Below, one piece after another: positions 12,801 to 23,200 of a stretch of DNA of 64,000 nt. The stretch spans positions 28,334,001 through 28,398,000 of the forward strand of contig NC_135812.1 in NCBI RefSeq assembly GCF_964213995.1, written 5' to 3'. A program made the position numbers and the translations under genes. The notes below the pieces were generated by a model. The model had not been told where the DNA came from. It made no database searches and worked only from the letters and a program-made list of their open reading frames with translations. This DNA is from Mustelus asterias (lineage: Eukaryota). Numbering within the stretch: the first letter of the stretch is position 1; each line of letters begins with the position of its first letter.

Positions 12801-13372
12801 AGCCTTGGCAGCAGAAGAATTGGATGAAAGCACAGATTTTAAAGAAATGGAATTGGTTGCAGGTTCTCCTGTTTGCTCTCCATTACATGATTCATCGAAT
12901 AAGCTTTCCCAAGGTACTCCATTTCAAAGTCTAAAGTTGTCCTGCTGGCCCCTGGATCTAATCCTGTCGTCTTTTTGCGTTACTGGAATGACTCCATCCG
13001 TATCTGGAACACTTAAGGCCTTTACTCGACGGGCTGCCTTGAAGGTAAAATGGAGAAGTAACCATAAGGTGGAACGTAATCAGTCGGATCAAGGTATTGC
13101 TTCAATCAGAGCTTTACCTCAGGTAAGGAATTTTGTTTTGTGTAAATTTAATGGTATTTGTATTCACATTACTCTTAAATGTGGCATCGCTATTTCCTAA
13201 TGTGCTAGGTGGTAATACTTTAATGCATGTAACTTAATTTTGTTTACTTTTTTTCCAGGTACAAGTAAAGTTCCATTGCAGACGATCTCCATTGCTTTTT
13301 GCTGATATTTATCCAGAACACCCAAAATGCACAATCATTGGCTTTAACCAGATTTTATTGGAAAAGATGTAA
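3744..13372 (+). CDS. MYO19: Unconventional myosin XIX, 3' part; join(3744-3884,3983-4090,4595-4665,5490-5602,6004-6176,9031-9160,11463-11548,12790-13122,13259-13372); 5' exons lie upstream of the window
   Basis: Nine exons splice in frame. Translation gives motor-domain motifs ([56 protein letters not shown]), IQ motifs, and the MYO19 tail (WPL..., [24 protein letters not shown]). It lies tail-to-tail with ZNHIT3, as in other vertebrates. Confidence 0.96.
3983..4090 (+). CDS. MYO19: MYO19 exon ([24 protein letters not shown]...EE)
   Basis: Polypyrimidine tract and ag acceptor, GAG|gtactg donor; myosin [10 protein letters not shown] motif. Confidence 0.95.
4595..4665 (+). CDS. MYO19: MYO19 exon ([24 protein letters not shown])
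   Basis: ttag|ATT and AG|gtacg; SH1/SH2 helix region of the myosin motor. Confidence 0.95.
4990..5410 (-). mobile_element. Rex1/Babar-type 3' end
   Basis: ORF 5052..5369 matches the 54.4-55.2 kb copy. Confidence 0.85.
5490..5602 (+). CDS. MYO19: MYO19 exon ([14 protein letters not shown]...KKRK)
   Basis: ttag|G acceptor in phase 2; FLERY motif; the A|gttagt donor gives the phase needed by the next exon (3' end less certain). Confidence 0.85.
6004..6176 (+). CDS. MYO19: MYO19 exon (...[15 protein letters not shown])
   Basis: ttgcag|GT acceptor and ATG|gtaagt donor; converter motif GKTKVF. Confidence 0.92.
6337..6595 (+). mobile_element. Palindromic Penelope-derived mini-element with a 12-bp TSD
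   Basis: 104-bp inverted arms at 6337-6440 and 6453-6556; TSD CTCATATGACTT at 6325-6336 and 6596-6607. Confidence 0.85.
6462..6498 (+). ncRNA. Minimal type I hammerhead ribozyme motif (mirror copy on the minus strand at 6395-6431)
   Basis: CCAU-CUGACGA-A-GGAGC agu GCUCC-GAAA-GC-UU-AUGG: intact core, stems I and II, and palindromic AGCU in place of stem III. Confidence 0.8.
6766..7150 (-). mobile_element. HE1-like SINE with an internal inversion
   Basis: Tail and head on the minus strand, core (about 6841-7033) on the plus strand. Confidence 0.8.
7250..7920. mobile_element. Old CR1 fragment (-) with an inverted duplication
   Basis: ORF 7509..7841 ([14 protein letters not shown]); 7250-7430 is the inverted copy of about 7720-7915. 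Confidence 0.75.
7930..8420 (-). mobile_element. Same older LINE family, 3' end
   Basis: [19 protein letters not shown]; shared tail. Confidence 0.8.
8505..8803 (+). mobile_element. V-SINE subfamily with an alternative tail (...GTGTTAATGTAAGCCTACTTGTGACACTAATAAA)
   Basis: Same head and core as the HE1-like copies, different 3' tail. Confidence 0.88.
9031..9160 (+). CDS. MYO19: MYO19 IQ exon (LELLESAR...CIQCSWRR...AATIIQA)
   Basis: ttttag|CTC acceptor; IQ motifs; ends at a non-canonical CAG|gcaagt donor. Confidence 0.92.
9706..10470 (-). mobile_element. Same older LINE family, internal ORF2 fragment
   Basis: [26 protein letters not shown] remnant. Confidence 0.75.
10480..10660. mobile_element. 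Degenerate Penelope-derived inverted repeat with a decayed hammerhead motif (about 10582-10618, +)
   Basis: Arms AAAATCTCAGCAGGTC... and ...GACCTGCTGAGATTTT; AGCT-CTGATGA-A-GGGTC..GACTC present but GAAA partly deleted. Confidence 0.6.
11463..11548 (+). CDS. MYO19: MYO19 IQ exon ([29 protein letters not shown])
   Basis: ctgcag|CT acceptor and AAA|gtgagt donor; matches the MYO19 AIRSWLT..RAW segment. Confidence 0.93.
11741..12022 (+). mobile_element. HE1-like SINE
   Basis: tRNA-like head, V core and ATTCTATG tail. Confidence 0.88.
12230..12735 (-). mobile_element. Ancient DeuSINE (SacSINE1-like), decayed
   Basis: GAAAAGACAGCATCTCTGACAGT...CACAACCTTTCTGACTC resembles the reverse complement of the Deu domain and head (from memory of the consensus). 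Confidence 0.55.
12790..13122 (+). CDS. MYO19: MYO19 tail exon ([12 protein letters not shown]...SIRALPQ), mitochondrial-association domain
   Basis: ttag|ATT and CAG|gtaagg; inside ORF 12796..13200. Confidence 0.93.
13259..13372 (+). CDS. MYO19: MYO19 last coding exon ([20 protein letters not shown]...[10 protein letters not shown])
   Basis: ttttccag|GTA acceptor; TAA stop at 13370-13372. Confidence 0.94.
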   Translation, partial: VQVKFHCRRSPLLFADIYPEHPKCTIIGFNQILLEKM

Positions 13373-14774
13373 AGTTAACCATGCTCCTGTCAACCTTTAT
13401 ATAGAAACACTACTACAACCCTCTTGCGAGAACTTCTCTGATGCTAGTAGAAGCCAGAGCTAGAAATGTCAATCAACCCTTTATATAGTCCCTGATCTAC
13501 ATTACTGATGGATTGTGAAGAGGTTTGGATACAACAAAATTGTATTGCAAGAACATAGATTTGGTATTTTCACTAGCATTTCTTAAAAGTCTGAGCTTTA
13601 TTGTTCAACAAAATGACATTTTTAAGAAAACAAAACCTAAATGGTGCATTACTGCAATTGTCTCCAGAATCTCAACATGAGGTGGAGGCTTTTACCCATG
13701 TACTGCCTTTTACTGTACACTACACTTTCTAATATCAATCCAAATTATCATAGTTCATTACTATTTCATTATACATGTATAAATCCATGTTACACAAATA
13801 AGTGCCTTATCTCAGGACAGTTGATTTGAACAAAATCCTACAATTAATGTGTATTCATAGGAACACTATAGTTAAAATCTAGGATGTCTTGAAGTTGAAG
13901 AAACTTCAAATAGTTTCTTATTTTTCTCTAATTGTGAGACACATTTTGAACCTGTCTGTTAGCTCGGGAAACTTTGACAGTTTTGCCTAGCTATTTGTTT
14001 TTTTGCAGCTTTTACTAACTGAATTAAATAACACAGTTGTTTTGTTCAGTTAGGAACATGATTAGAGCTATGACATTCTTTGGGACCAGACCAAGGAAAA
14101 CAATTTTACTGACTTCTCAATGTTGAGTGCTGATTGTACTTAAGTTCAGATTACTTTCTTGCACAACATTGATACTTTTGGGTATTGTGTAAAGACCTGG
14201 CTATCTTGTCTTGATAAATCCCTAAAGAGATACAGGACACTCACATTGTATAACACACTAAATATTTCTGGATTAGTCTTTCCAGATAGCTATGAGATGA
14301 GAATTTTGGACAAAAATATAGGCTGTATAGCACTGCCACATTCTGCCATCTATACTCCTGTGCAGTCCCTATTTAAGTAGGGTATATGTCAACTGAATGG
14401 AGGTCCACGTCAACAGAAAAACAGATTGACTGGAAGTTAATGGTGCTCAATCTATCAAGCCAAATGGAATGAAGTAGCAACCTGCTTCCTTTGAGAGCTG
14501 AACAAGTATTTGGGATCAATCCCGTCACTTCCCCATGTCAGTCCAAGTTAAGAGTATTAGATTCTGCATCCTCCAATTTGCTGCTAAGCTCTGTATCACT
14601 TGAGTTGCTACATGTACAATCCTTTGTTGAAACTACAAACAGGGACTAATTGACTTGTCATCTCAATTCATCACAACACTATATTCAACTGTCATTCTTG
14701 AAATTACTAAAAATATATGTGCAAAATGAACAGTCTTGATAGTATGATGAGGGCTGCAAATGTTTTAACTGGAC

Positions 14775-14780
14775 AATAAA
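14775..14780 (+). terminator. Candidate MYO19 polyadenylation signal
   Basis: AATAAA about 1.4 kb after the stop in AT-rich, repeat-poor sequence; ATTAAA alternatives exist nearby. Confidence 0.35.
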
Positions 14781-15379
14781 TTTGCACTAAGTATTAACCT
14801 TATGGATTATTGTAAGTTTAAAAAATGGTTAGTTTTAAATATATATTTTGCCAAATTGGTATTTTTCATTTTAAAAAATCCATGTTGTTGAACTGTGTTA
14901 CTGATGGAAGGTAATTACAGGGGAATGGAAACTTCTATATTCCTGTCAGTCCATGACAATGGGGCTGTAGTGGCATTATAAAACATCCCTATGGTACAAA
15001 TCTTTGGGTGCTGGCTCGTATTAGAATACTTTTATTTCTTGTGCAGTACAATGCAGGCAGAAATTTCTTAATTTCTCTTCTGTAATTACTTCAAATCAAG
15101 TGGCTGTTAAACAAAAAACATGGGATTGATGAAATTTGCTTCTTTCAAAATCGTATGACTGATGATTGATTTAAATATTTATATATGGTTATGTATCGTA
15201 TGAAAGTGAACTGTATGTACAAATGAGAAAGTGATTTATGCAGCATTAAACATATACCCCTAAACATTTTGGCATTCATGGTTTTAAATAGGTTAAGGGA
15301 AAACTTTAAGGTATGATGCTTATCTCTTCTTGTATTTTCTTGTGGATTCTTGATCTAACTTTTCACAATTGTGATTTCT

Positions 15380-16225
15380 GCCCATTCAATTGCATAGCTT
15401 TAAAGTCAGGAAGTTTGCTGTCCAGTCTGACTTTGCAAAAAAAAAATTGCTGCCAGGCCAATTTCCTAGGCTTTATCATCTTCAGCTGCATCATTAATAA
15501 CCTTTCCAAAGTGGGGATGATTGCTGATGCTATTCAGTTCCATTCACAACTTCCCATAAAAGAACCAGTCTGTTCCCACGTAGCAAGAGCTAAACAACAT
15601 TGAGGCTTGGGTTGGTTAAGTGGTAAGTTACGTTAAAACCACACTGTCTAGGCCATTTCCAACAAGAGAGAATCAAACTATTCAATAATCAATGTACTAT
15701 TATTGCTGAATTCCCCCACTATCAATGTTTTGGGGTTACTGTTGACCAAAAGTCTAACAATGTAGTTACAAGGCCAGAGCAGAGGCTGGGAATTATCTGG
15801 TGCATAACTCACCTGACTTCCTAAAGGCTGTCCACTGTCTACAAAGCACAAGTCAGAAGTGTAATGGAATATTCCCCACTTATCTGGATGTGTGTTGCTT
15901 TATCACTCAGGACAAAGAAGCCCACTTGATTGGTATTCTCTCCTCCAGTGCACAATGGCCACAGGGCAAAATGGACAACATCAGCTTCTCTGACAGTACC
16001 TCCCAAACCCATGATCTCTACCAATTAGAACAAGGCCAGCAGGCACATCCTACAAATTCCCCAGTCACCCACCATTCTAAGTTGGAAATGTATTGCTGTC
16101 CCTTCAGTTACACCATTAAAATCCTGGAGGTCCCTTAACAGCAATATAAGGGTATACAACATGGATTGCAACTCACCAAGCAGTAAATGCCAGGTTTGTT
16201 AGGCACATCTCACAAATAAAAGAAA
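15380..16225 (+). mobile_element. Same older LINE family, decayed 3' part
   Basis: Colinear nucleotide similarity to 43740-45095. Confidence 0.65.
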
Positions 16226-16339
16226 CAAATCAATCTGTTTTTGTCTTTTGGTGCTAATTAAAATTGGCTGAGATTGAGGCACCATTCTAGTTCTTTAGTA
16301 GTGGTTTCGTATCCCACTAGGATCTATGCTTCAACGTAT

Positions 16340-19195
16340 TAACAAAGAACAAAACAGCACAGGAACAGGCCCTTTGGCCCTCCAAGCCCGTGCCGCTCCC
16401 TGGTCCAAACTAGACCATTCTTTTGTATCCCTCCATTCCCACTCCGTTCATGTGGCTATCTAGATAAGTCTTAAACGTTCCCAGTGTGTCCGCCTCCACC
16501 ACCTTGCCCGGCAGCACATTCCAGGCACCCACCACCCTCTGTGTAAAATATGTCCTTCTGATATCCGTGTTAAACCTCCTCCCCGCCCCCCTCACCTTGA
16601 ACCTATGACCCCTCGTGAACATCACCACCGACCTGGGAAAAAGCTTCCCACCGTTCACATCCTGGTAAACCTCCTCCGCACTCTCTATAAAGCCTCCACG
16701 TCCTTCTGGTAGTGTGGCGACCAGAACTGGGCGCAGTATTCCAAATGCGGCCGAACCAACGTTCTATACAACTGCAACATCAGACCCCAACTTTTATACT
16801 CTATGCCTCGTCCTATAAAGGCAAGCATGCCATATGCCTTCTTCACCACCTTCTCCACCTGTGACGTCACCTTCAAGGATCTGTGGACTTGCACACCCAG
16901 GTCCCTCTGCGTATCTACACCCTTTATGGTTCTGCCATTTATCGTATAGCTCCCCCCTACATTAGTTCTACCAAAATGCATCACTTTGCATTTATCTGGA
17001 TTGAACTCCATCTGCCATTTCTTTGCCCAAATTTCCAACCTATCTATATCCTTCTGTAGCCTCTGACAATGTTCCTCACTATCTGCAAGTCCAGCCATTT
17101 TCATGTCGTCCTCAAACTTACTGATCACCCCAGTTACACCTTCTTCCAGATCATTTATATAAATCACAAACAGCAGAGGTCCCAATACAGAGCCCTGCAG
17201 AACACCACTAGTCACAGGCCTCCAGCCGGAAAAAGACCCTTCCACTACCACCCTCTGTCTTCTGTGACCAAGCCAGTTCTCCACCCATCTAGCCACCTCC
17301 CCCTTTATCCCATGAGATCCAACCTTTTGCACCAACCTACCATGAGGGACTTTAGTAAAGCGTTTGACAAAGTCCATATAGACGACATCCACGGCCCTTC
17401 CCTCGTCAACCATTCTAGTCACTTCAAAAAACTCCACCAGGTTAGTGAGGCATGACCTCCCTCTCACAAAACCAAGCTGACTATCGTTAATGAGTTTATT
17501 CCTTTCTAAATGCGCATACAACCTATCTCTAAGAATCTTCTCCAACAACTTCCCCACCACGGACGTCAAGCTCACCGGCCTATAATTACCCAGGTTATCC
17601 TTCCTACCCTTCTTAAATAATGGGACCACATTAGCTATCCTCCAATCCTCTGGGACCTCACCTGTGTCCAGTGACAAGACAAAGATTTGCGTCAGAGGCC
17701 CAGCGATTTCATCTCTCGTCTCCCTGAGCAGCCTGGGATAGATTCCATCAGGCCCTGGGGATTTGTCAGTCTTTATATTCCCTAAAAAACCTAACACTTC
17801 CTCCCTTGGAATGGAGTTTTCTCTAACGGGTCAACACTCCCCTCCGAGACACTCCCAGTCAACACATCCCTCTCCTTTGTGAATACCAACGCAAAGTATT
17901 AATTTAGGATCTCCCCTACTTCTTTGGACTCTAAGCATAATTCCCCACTTTTGTCCCTGAGAGGTCCGATTTTTTCCCTAACAACCCTTTTGTTCCTAAC
18001 GTATGAATAAAATGCCTTGGGATTCTCCTTAATCCTGTCTGCCAAGGACATTTCGTGACCCCTTTTTGCCCTTCTAATTCCTCGTTTGAGTTCTTTCCTA
18101 CTTTCTTTGTATTCCTCCAGAGCTCCCTCCGCTTTTAGCTGCCTGGACCTAACGTACGCCACTCTTTTCTTTTTGACCAATCCCTCAATTTCCCTGATTA
18201 TCCACAGTTCTCGAATCCCTTCCTATCCTTTTTTACAGGCACATGCCTATCCTGCAGCCCTAACAACTGTTCCTTAAAAGACTCCCACATGCCAGATGTT
18301 GATTTACCCTCAATCAGCCTCTCCCAATCAACAGCTGCCAATTTCTGCCTAATCCCATTAAAGTTAGCCTTCCCCCAATCCAACACCTCACCCTTGGGAC
18401 ACCACTCATCCTTTTCCATCACTATCCTAAAGCTAACAGAATTGTGGTCACTATTTGCCACATGTTCCCCTACCGAAACTTTGAAGACCTGACCGGGCTC
18501 ATTCCCCAGTACTAGGTCCAGTATAGCCCCCTCTCTAGTCGGGCTGTCTACATATTGTTCCAAAGAACCTTCCTGTATGCATTTTACAAATGCCTCCCCA
18601 TTCAGACTCCCAGCCCTACGTGATTTCCGGTCTATACCAGGGAAATTGAAGTCTCCCACTACAACAACCCTATTTTTCCTGCACCTATCCATTATCTCCT
18701 GACATATCCGTTCTTCCACTTCCCTTGGGCTGTTGGGGGGCCTGTAGTATACCCCCAACATAGTGACTGCGCCCTTCCTGTTTCTGAGCTCCACCCACAG
18801 TGACTCGTTACACGAACCCTCTGAATTGTCCTCCCTCTGCACCACTGTAATATGCTCTCTAATACTGCTACTCCCCCACCTCTTTTGGCCCCTCCTCCGT
18901 CTTGCCTAAAACACTTGTACCCCGGAATATTCAGCTGCCAGTCCTGTCCCTCTTTCAACCAAGTCTCTGTCACCGCAACCACATCCAAATTCCTCGTAAG
19001 CATTAAGGCCCTAAGTTCGTCTGTCTTACCTGCTACGCTCCTTGCATTAAAGAAGATGCACTCCAGACCTCCAGGCCCAGTGAGGTCATCCTCCCCCAGA
19101 GTGCTGCTCTTCTTTGCCAGCCTTGTCCTGGCCCCAAGCTCATCCCCAGCCTCTACACTTGTAGACCTAATTTTTTGATCCCCACCCTCCTGCCA
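16340..19195 (-). mobile_element. CR1 LINE, most of ORF2 (APE endonuclease and RT), frameshifted, with an internal deletion near 16660
   Basis: ORFs 18692-19225 (FFNARS, VAVTETWL), 18198-18845 (YRPP, GDFN, SDH) and 16685-17797 (QGSVLGPLLF). Confidence 0.95.
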
Positions 19196-19888
19196 TATTG
19201 ATGCACCATCAATGATATTGTCCACAAAACACCCAGTTCACCATTCATATGGAAGGACAGGCTTTTAAACAAGCTTCCACCAGTAACTTATCTTGCACCC
19301 AGACAGTCCAAAATCTCAAGCATGTTCCCCTATAGTATTTAATAATATAAACATTTAAAGGCATGAACTGATCTGTTACACCCACATGGAATGTGTTATG
19401 GCCAAGTTGTGCTCAACTAATGAGTTTAAGGAAAACCAAAGTCAAGACAGCATTTGATAACGTTACAAAAATTTATGAAGTATTTAAATTTACATCTTTA
19501 AGGGGACAGGTAATGATAACTTGATTTTTTTGGGGGGGGGACGGGAGAGAGACTGGTGACAGATGACATTTCAGAGTACTTTTCCAATTATAATTGTACT
19601 GAACCAAGAGAAATGAAGCTCTGACATCAAATGAGAGAAAATGTTAACCAGGTAAAATACAGAAGATTAGAGCAGACATTGATTGTTCAAGTGGCCAGTA
19701 CCTGAAAATAAGTATTACAATTAGAAAAAAGACAAAAATAGAGTGGAGCAACAGATCTTTAAGAATGGGGGTACAAGAGATTGAGAAATTGGATCATCTC
19801 TTAGTTGGTCATGGTATACAAAGGCAAGACAATGAATTTGTTTCCAGCCATTGGTTCGGTTCAGCAATGTTGTTTTAAGAAAAATAAT

Positions 19889-19894
19889 TTTATT
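19889..19894 (-). terminator. Candidate ZNHIT3 polyadenylation signal
   Basis: AATAAA on the minus strand about 180 nt after the stop. Confidence 0.5.
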
Positions 19895-20072
19895 GTAACA
19901 GTTTATAAGCCAAACTTTGGAAAACAATATTTCAAAGTCTTTGGCATCACAGCACGTCAGTAAGTTGCTGAGTACCGAAGCTGTTTTGCTTTTTGTTTAA
20001 ATTAAAATCAGCGATCCATTTTACAAAATAATTACAAAAATTAATTGGCTCAAGGATTAAACAGTTTATATT

Positions 20073-20266
20073 CTAGGAGGCAAAAATGTCATTTTCTTGC
20101 TCTGGGGGTTCAACTATTTGTAAACACTGATCTGCAAATTCCACAAAAATTGGTTCCTGCATGACTGTCTTCATGATGCTTTCTTTATCCTCTGCCTTGT
20201 CTACTGTTAATAGCAACTGTTTAAGGTGAGGGTTGCAAAGTAGATTCTTCAACTCGTTGGATTCTG
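20073..20266 (-). CDS. ZNHIT3: ZNHIT3 exon 5 (ESNELKNLLCNPHL...EPPEQENDIFAS*)
   Basis: NAGNAG acceptor; NPHL and MQEP.FVEFAD.CL.IVEP motifs; TAG at 20075-20073. Confidence 0.95.
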
Positions 20267-23200
20267 CTGTTGGAATAACAGAAATGAAATGAACAGACGT
20301 AATATCACATTTAACACTGAAGCTTTAATGCCTGAAGCCCATTACCTTCCACCCACCTTGGGCCTACTCCCAAATTCTAGGGAACGTGGTCAGCAGTTAG
20401 TATCTGTAAGGGTATTTCAGAGGCACTTGCCCTGGTTCCATGAGGAGGAAAACCACAATACTGATAGTAATACCATGAGTAGGGGCTAAATTAAAAAGCA
20501 GAACCATAAAGCTAATCTCTGGATAACTACCTGAGTCATGAAGAAATTGGCACAGGATAAACAAGTGGGTCAAAGATTGGTATGGGAGAAATGGGTTTGA
20601 CGTCCGTGGTAGGGAAGTTGTTGGAGAGGATTCTTAGAGACAGGATGTATGCACATTTAGAACAGAACAATCTCATTAGTGACAGACAGCATGGTTTTGT
20701 AAGAGGGAGGTCGTGCCGTACAAATTTGGTGGAGTTTTTTGAGGAAGTGACAAAAACGGTTGATGAAGGAAGGGCCGTGGATGTCGTCTATATGGATTTC
20801 AGTAAGGCATTTGACAAAGTCCCTCATGGCAGGTTGGTTAAGAAGGTTAAGGCTCATGGAATACAAGGAGAGGTGGCTAGATGGGTAGAGAACTGGCTTG
20901 GCCACAGGAGACAGAGGGTAACAGTCCAAGAGTCTTTTTCTGGCTGGAGGTCTGTGACCAGTGGTGTTCCGCAGGGCTCTGTACTGGGACCTCTGCTATT
21001 TGTGATATATATAAATGATTTGGAAGAAGGTGTAACTGGTGTTATCAGCAAGTTTGCGGATAGCGATGAACATTGTCGGACAATACAGCAGGATATAGAT
21101 AGGCTGGAAAATTGGGCGGAGAAATGGCAGATGGAATTTAATCCAGATAAATGTGAAGTGATGCATTTTGGAAGAACTAATGTAGAGGGGAGTTATACAA
21201 TAAATGGCAGAGCCATCAAGAGTATAGAAACACAGGGACCTAGGTGTGCAAGTCCACAAATTCTTGAAGGTGGCAGCACAGGTGGAGGTGGTGGTGAAGA
21301 AGGCATATCATAGAAATCATAGAAACCCTACAGCGCAGAAGGAGCCATTATGCCCATCGAGTCTGCATCGACCACAATCCCACCCAGGCCCTACCCCCAC
21401 ATATTTACCCGCTAATTCCTCTAACCTACTCATCGCAGGACTCCAAGGCGCAATTTTTTAACCTGGCCAATCAACCTAACCCGCACATCTTTGGACTGTG
21501 GGGGGAAACCGGAGCACCCGGAGGAAACCCACGCAGACACGAGGAGAATGTGCAAACTCCACACAGACAGTGACCCAAGCCGGGAATCGAACCCAGGTCC
21601 CTGGACCTGTGAAGCAGCAGTGTTAACCACTGTGCTACCGTGGCACCCATACCATGAAGCCATTGCCTTCCCATTGCATATGGTATGCTTGCCTTTATAG
21701 GATGGGGTATAGAGTATAAAAGCTGGAGTCTGATGTTGCAGCTATATAGAACGCTGGTTAGGCCACATTTGGAGTATTGCGTCCAGTTCTGGTCGCCGCA
21801 CTACCAGAAGGACGTGGAGGCTTTAGAGAGAGTGCAGAGAAGGTTTACCAGGATGTTGCCTGGTATGGAGGGTCTTAGCTATGAGGAGAGATTTGGTAAA
21901 CTGGGCTTGTTCTCCCTGGAAAGACGGAGAATGAGGGGAGACCTAATAGAGGTGTACAAAATTATGAAGGGTATAGATAGGGTGAACAGTGGGAGTCTTT
22001 TTCCCAGGTCGGAGGTGACGATCACAAGGGGTCACGGGCTCAAGGTGAGAGGTATAACTCAGATATCAGAGGGACGTTTTTTACACAGAGTGGTGGGGGC
22101 CTGGAATGCGCTGCCAAGTAGGGTGGTGGAGGCAGACATGCTGGCATCGTTTAAGACTTACCTGGATAGTCACATGAGCATTCTGGGAATGGAGGGATAC
22201 AAACGAATGGTCCAGTTGGACCAATGAGCGGCACAGGCTTGGAGGGCCGAAGGGCCTGCTTCCTGTGCTGTACTGTTCTTTGTTTGTTTATTCACTGGTA
22301 CCAGTACTGGGGAAAGTGGTAGCTGTACTGATGGAATGGTCTTCACCTGAACCGTGCTGGATCTGATGTTTTGGCAGTAGACAGGGTTTTTAAAGCAAAT
22401 GGGGTGGATGGGATCAAGGCAAATAGGTGGTAAAACAGGACATGGCAATAGTACAGGGCCGCGGCATAGGTAATGAAAGAGCATAAACTTAAAAGTACAC
22501 TAGCAGATTAGGCCAGAGTTTGCAAAAATAGTAAAAGACAGAGCTAAAGGCTCTGCATCTGAACGAATATATCATTCATAACAAAACAGATGAACTGTTA
22601 GCTCAAGTGGAAATAAATATGTATAACCCGAATGCCATTAAGAGACATGGCTGCAAGGTGACCAAGGCTGGCAGCTGAATATTCAAGTGTATTTGACATT
22701 TCAGAAGGGCAGGAAACTTGGAAAAGGTGATGGGATAGCTCTTAAACAAGGATGGCATGAGTCCAATTGTTTTTTGTTCTGCATACCCAACAGTCTCAGT
22801 TTCTCCAGGGGGACCCGATCAGATTCTTCATCATCATCATCAAAGATATCATCTGTGGAGTGGTGTCCTGTTAACAATTTTAAAAAGTTTTCAACACAAC
22901 TTATTGACAGAACTAGAGGCTTGTTTACAAAGTAAAACTCATTATTGATCTTTTAAGGGAGCCCAATAAGTGATTCGTATCTCTGTAGAAATACATTTAA
23001 AACTTCAGACGCTCAAAATCAAACTCAATCCTAGGAAATACTGCAAAGCATTCCACTTTAAAATGAGAACTGGATGCATGTGTAGAGTAGATGAGTTGAA
23101 ACTTTAATCCATTCCTTCAAATGCTTCCCATGTCAATTTTTATCCCTCCCTCTCCTGACCACTCAGTGGTGCTTCTGCATTTTGACCCAGCCCTGTTCTC

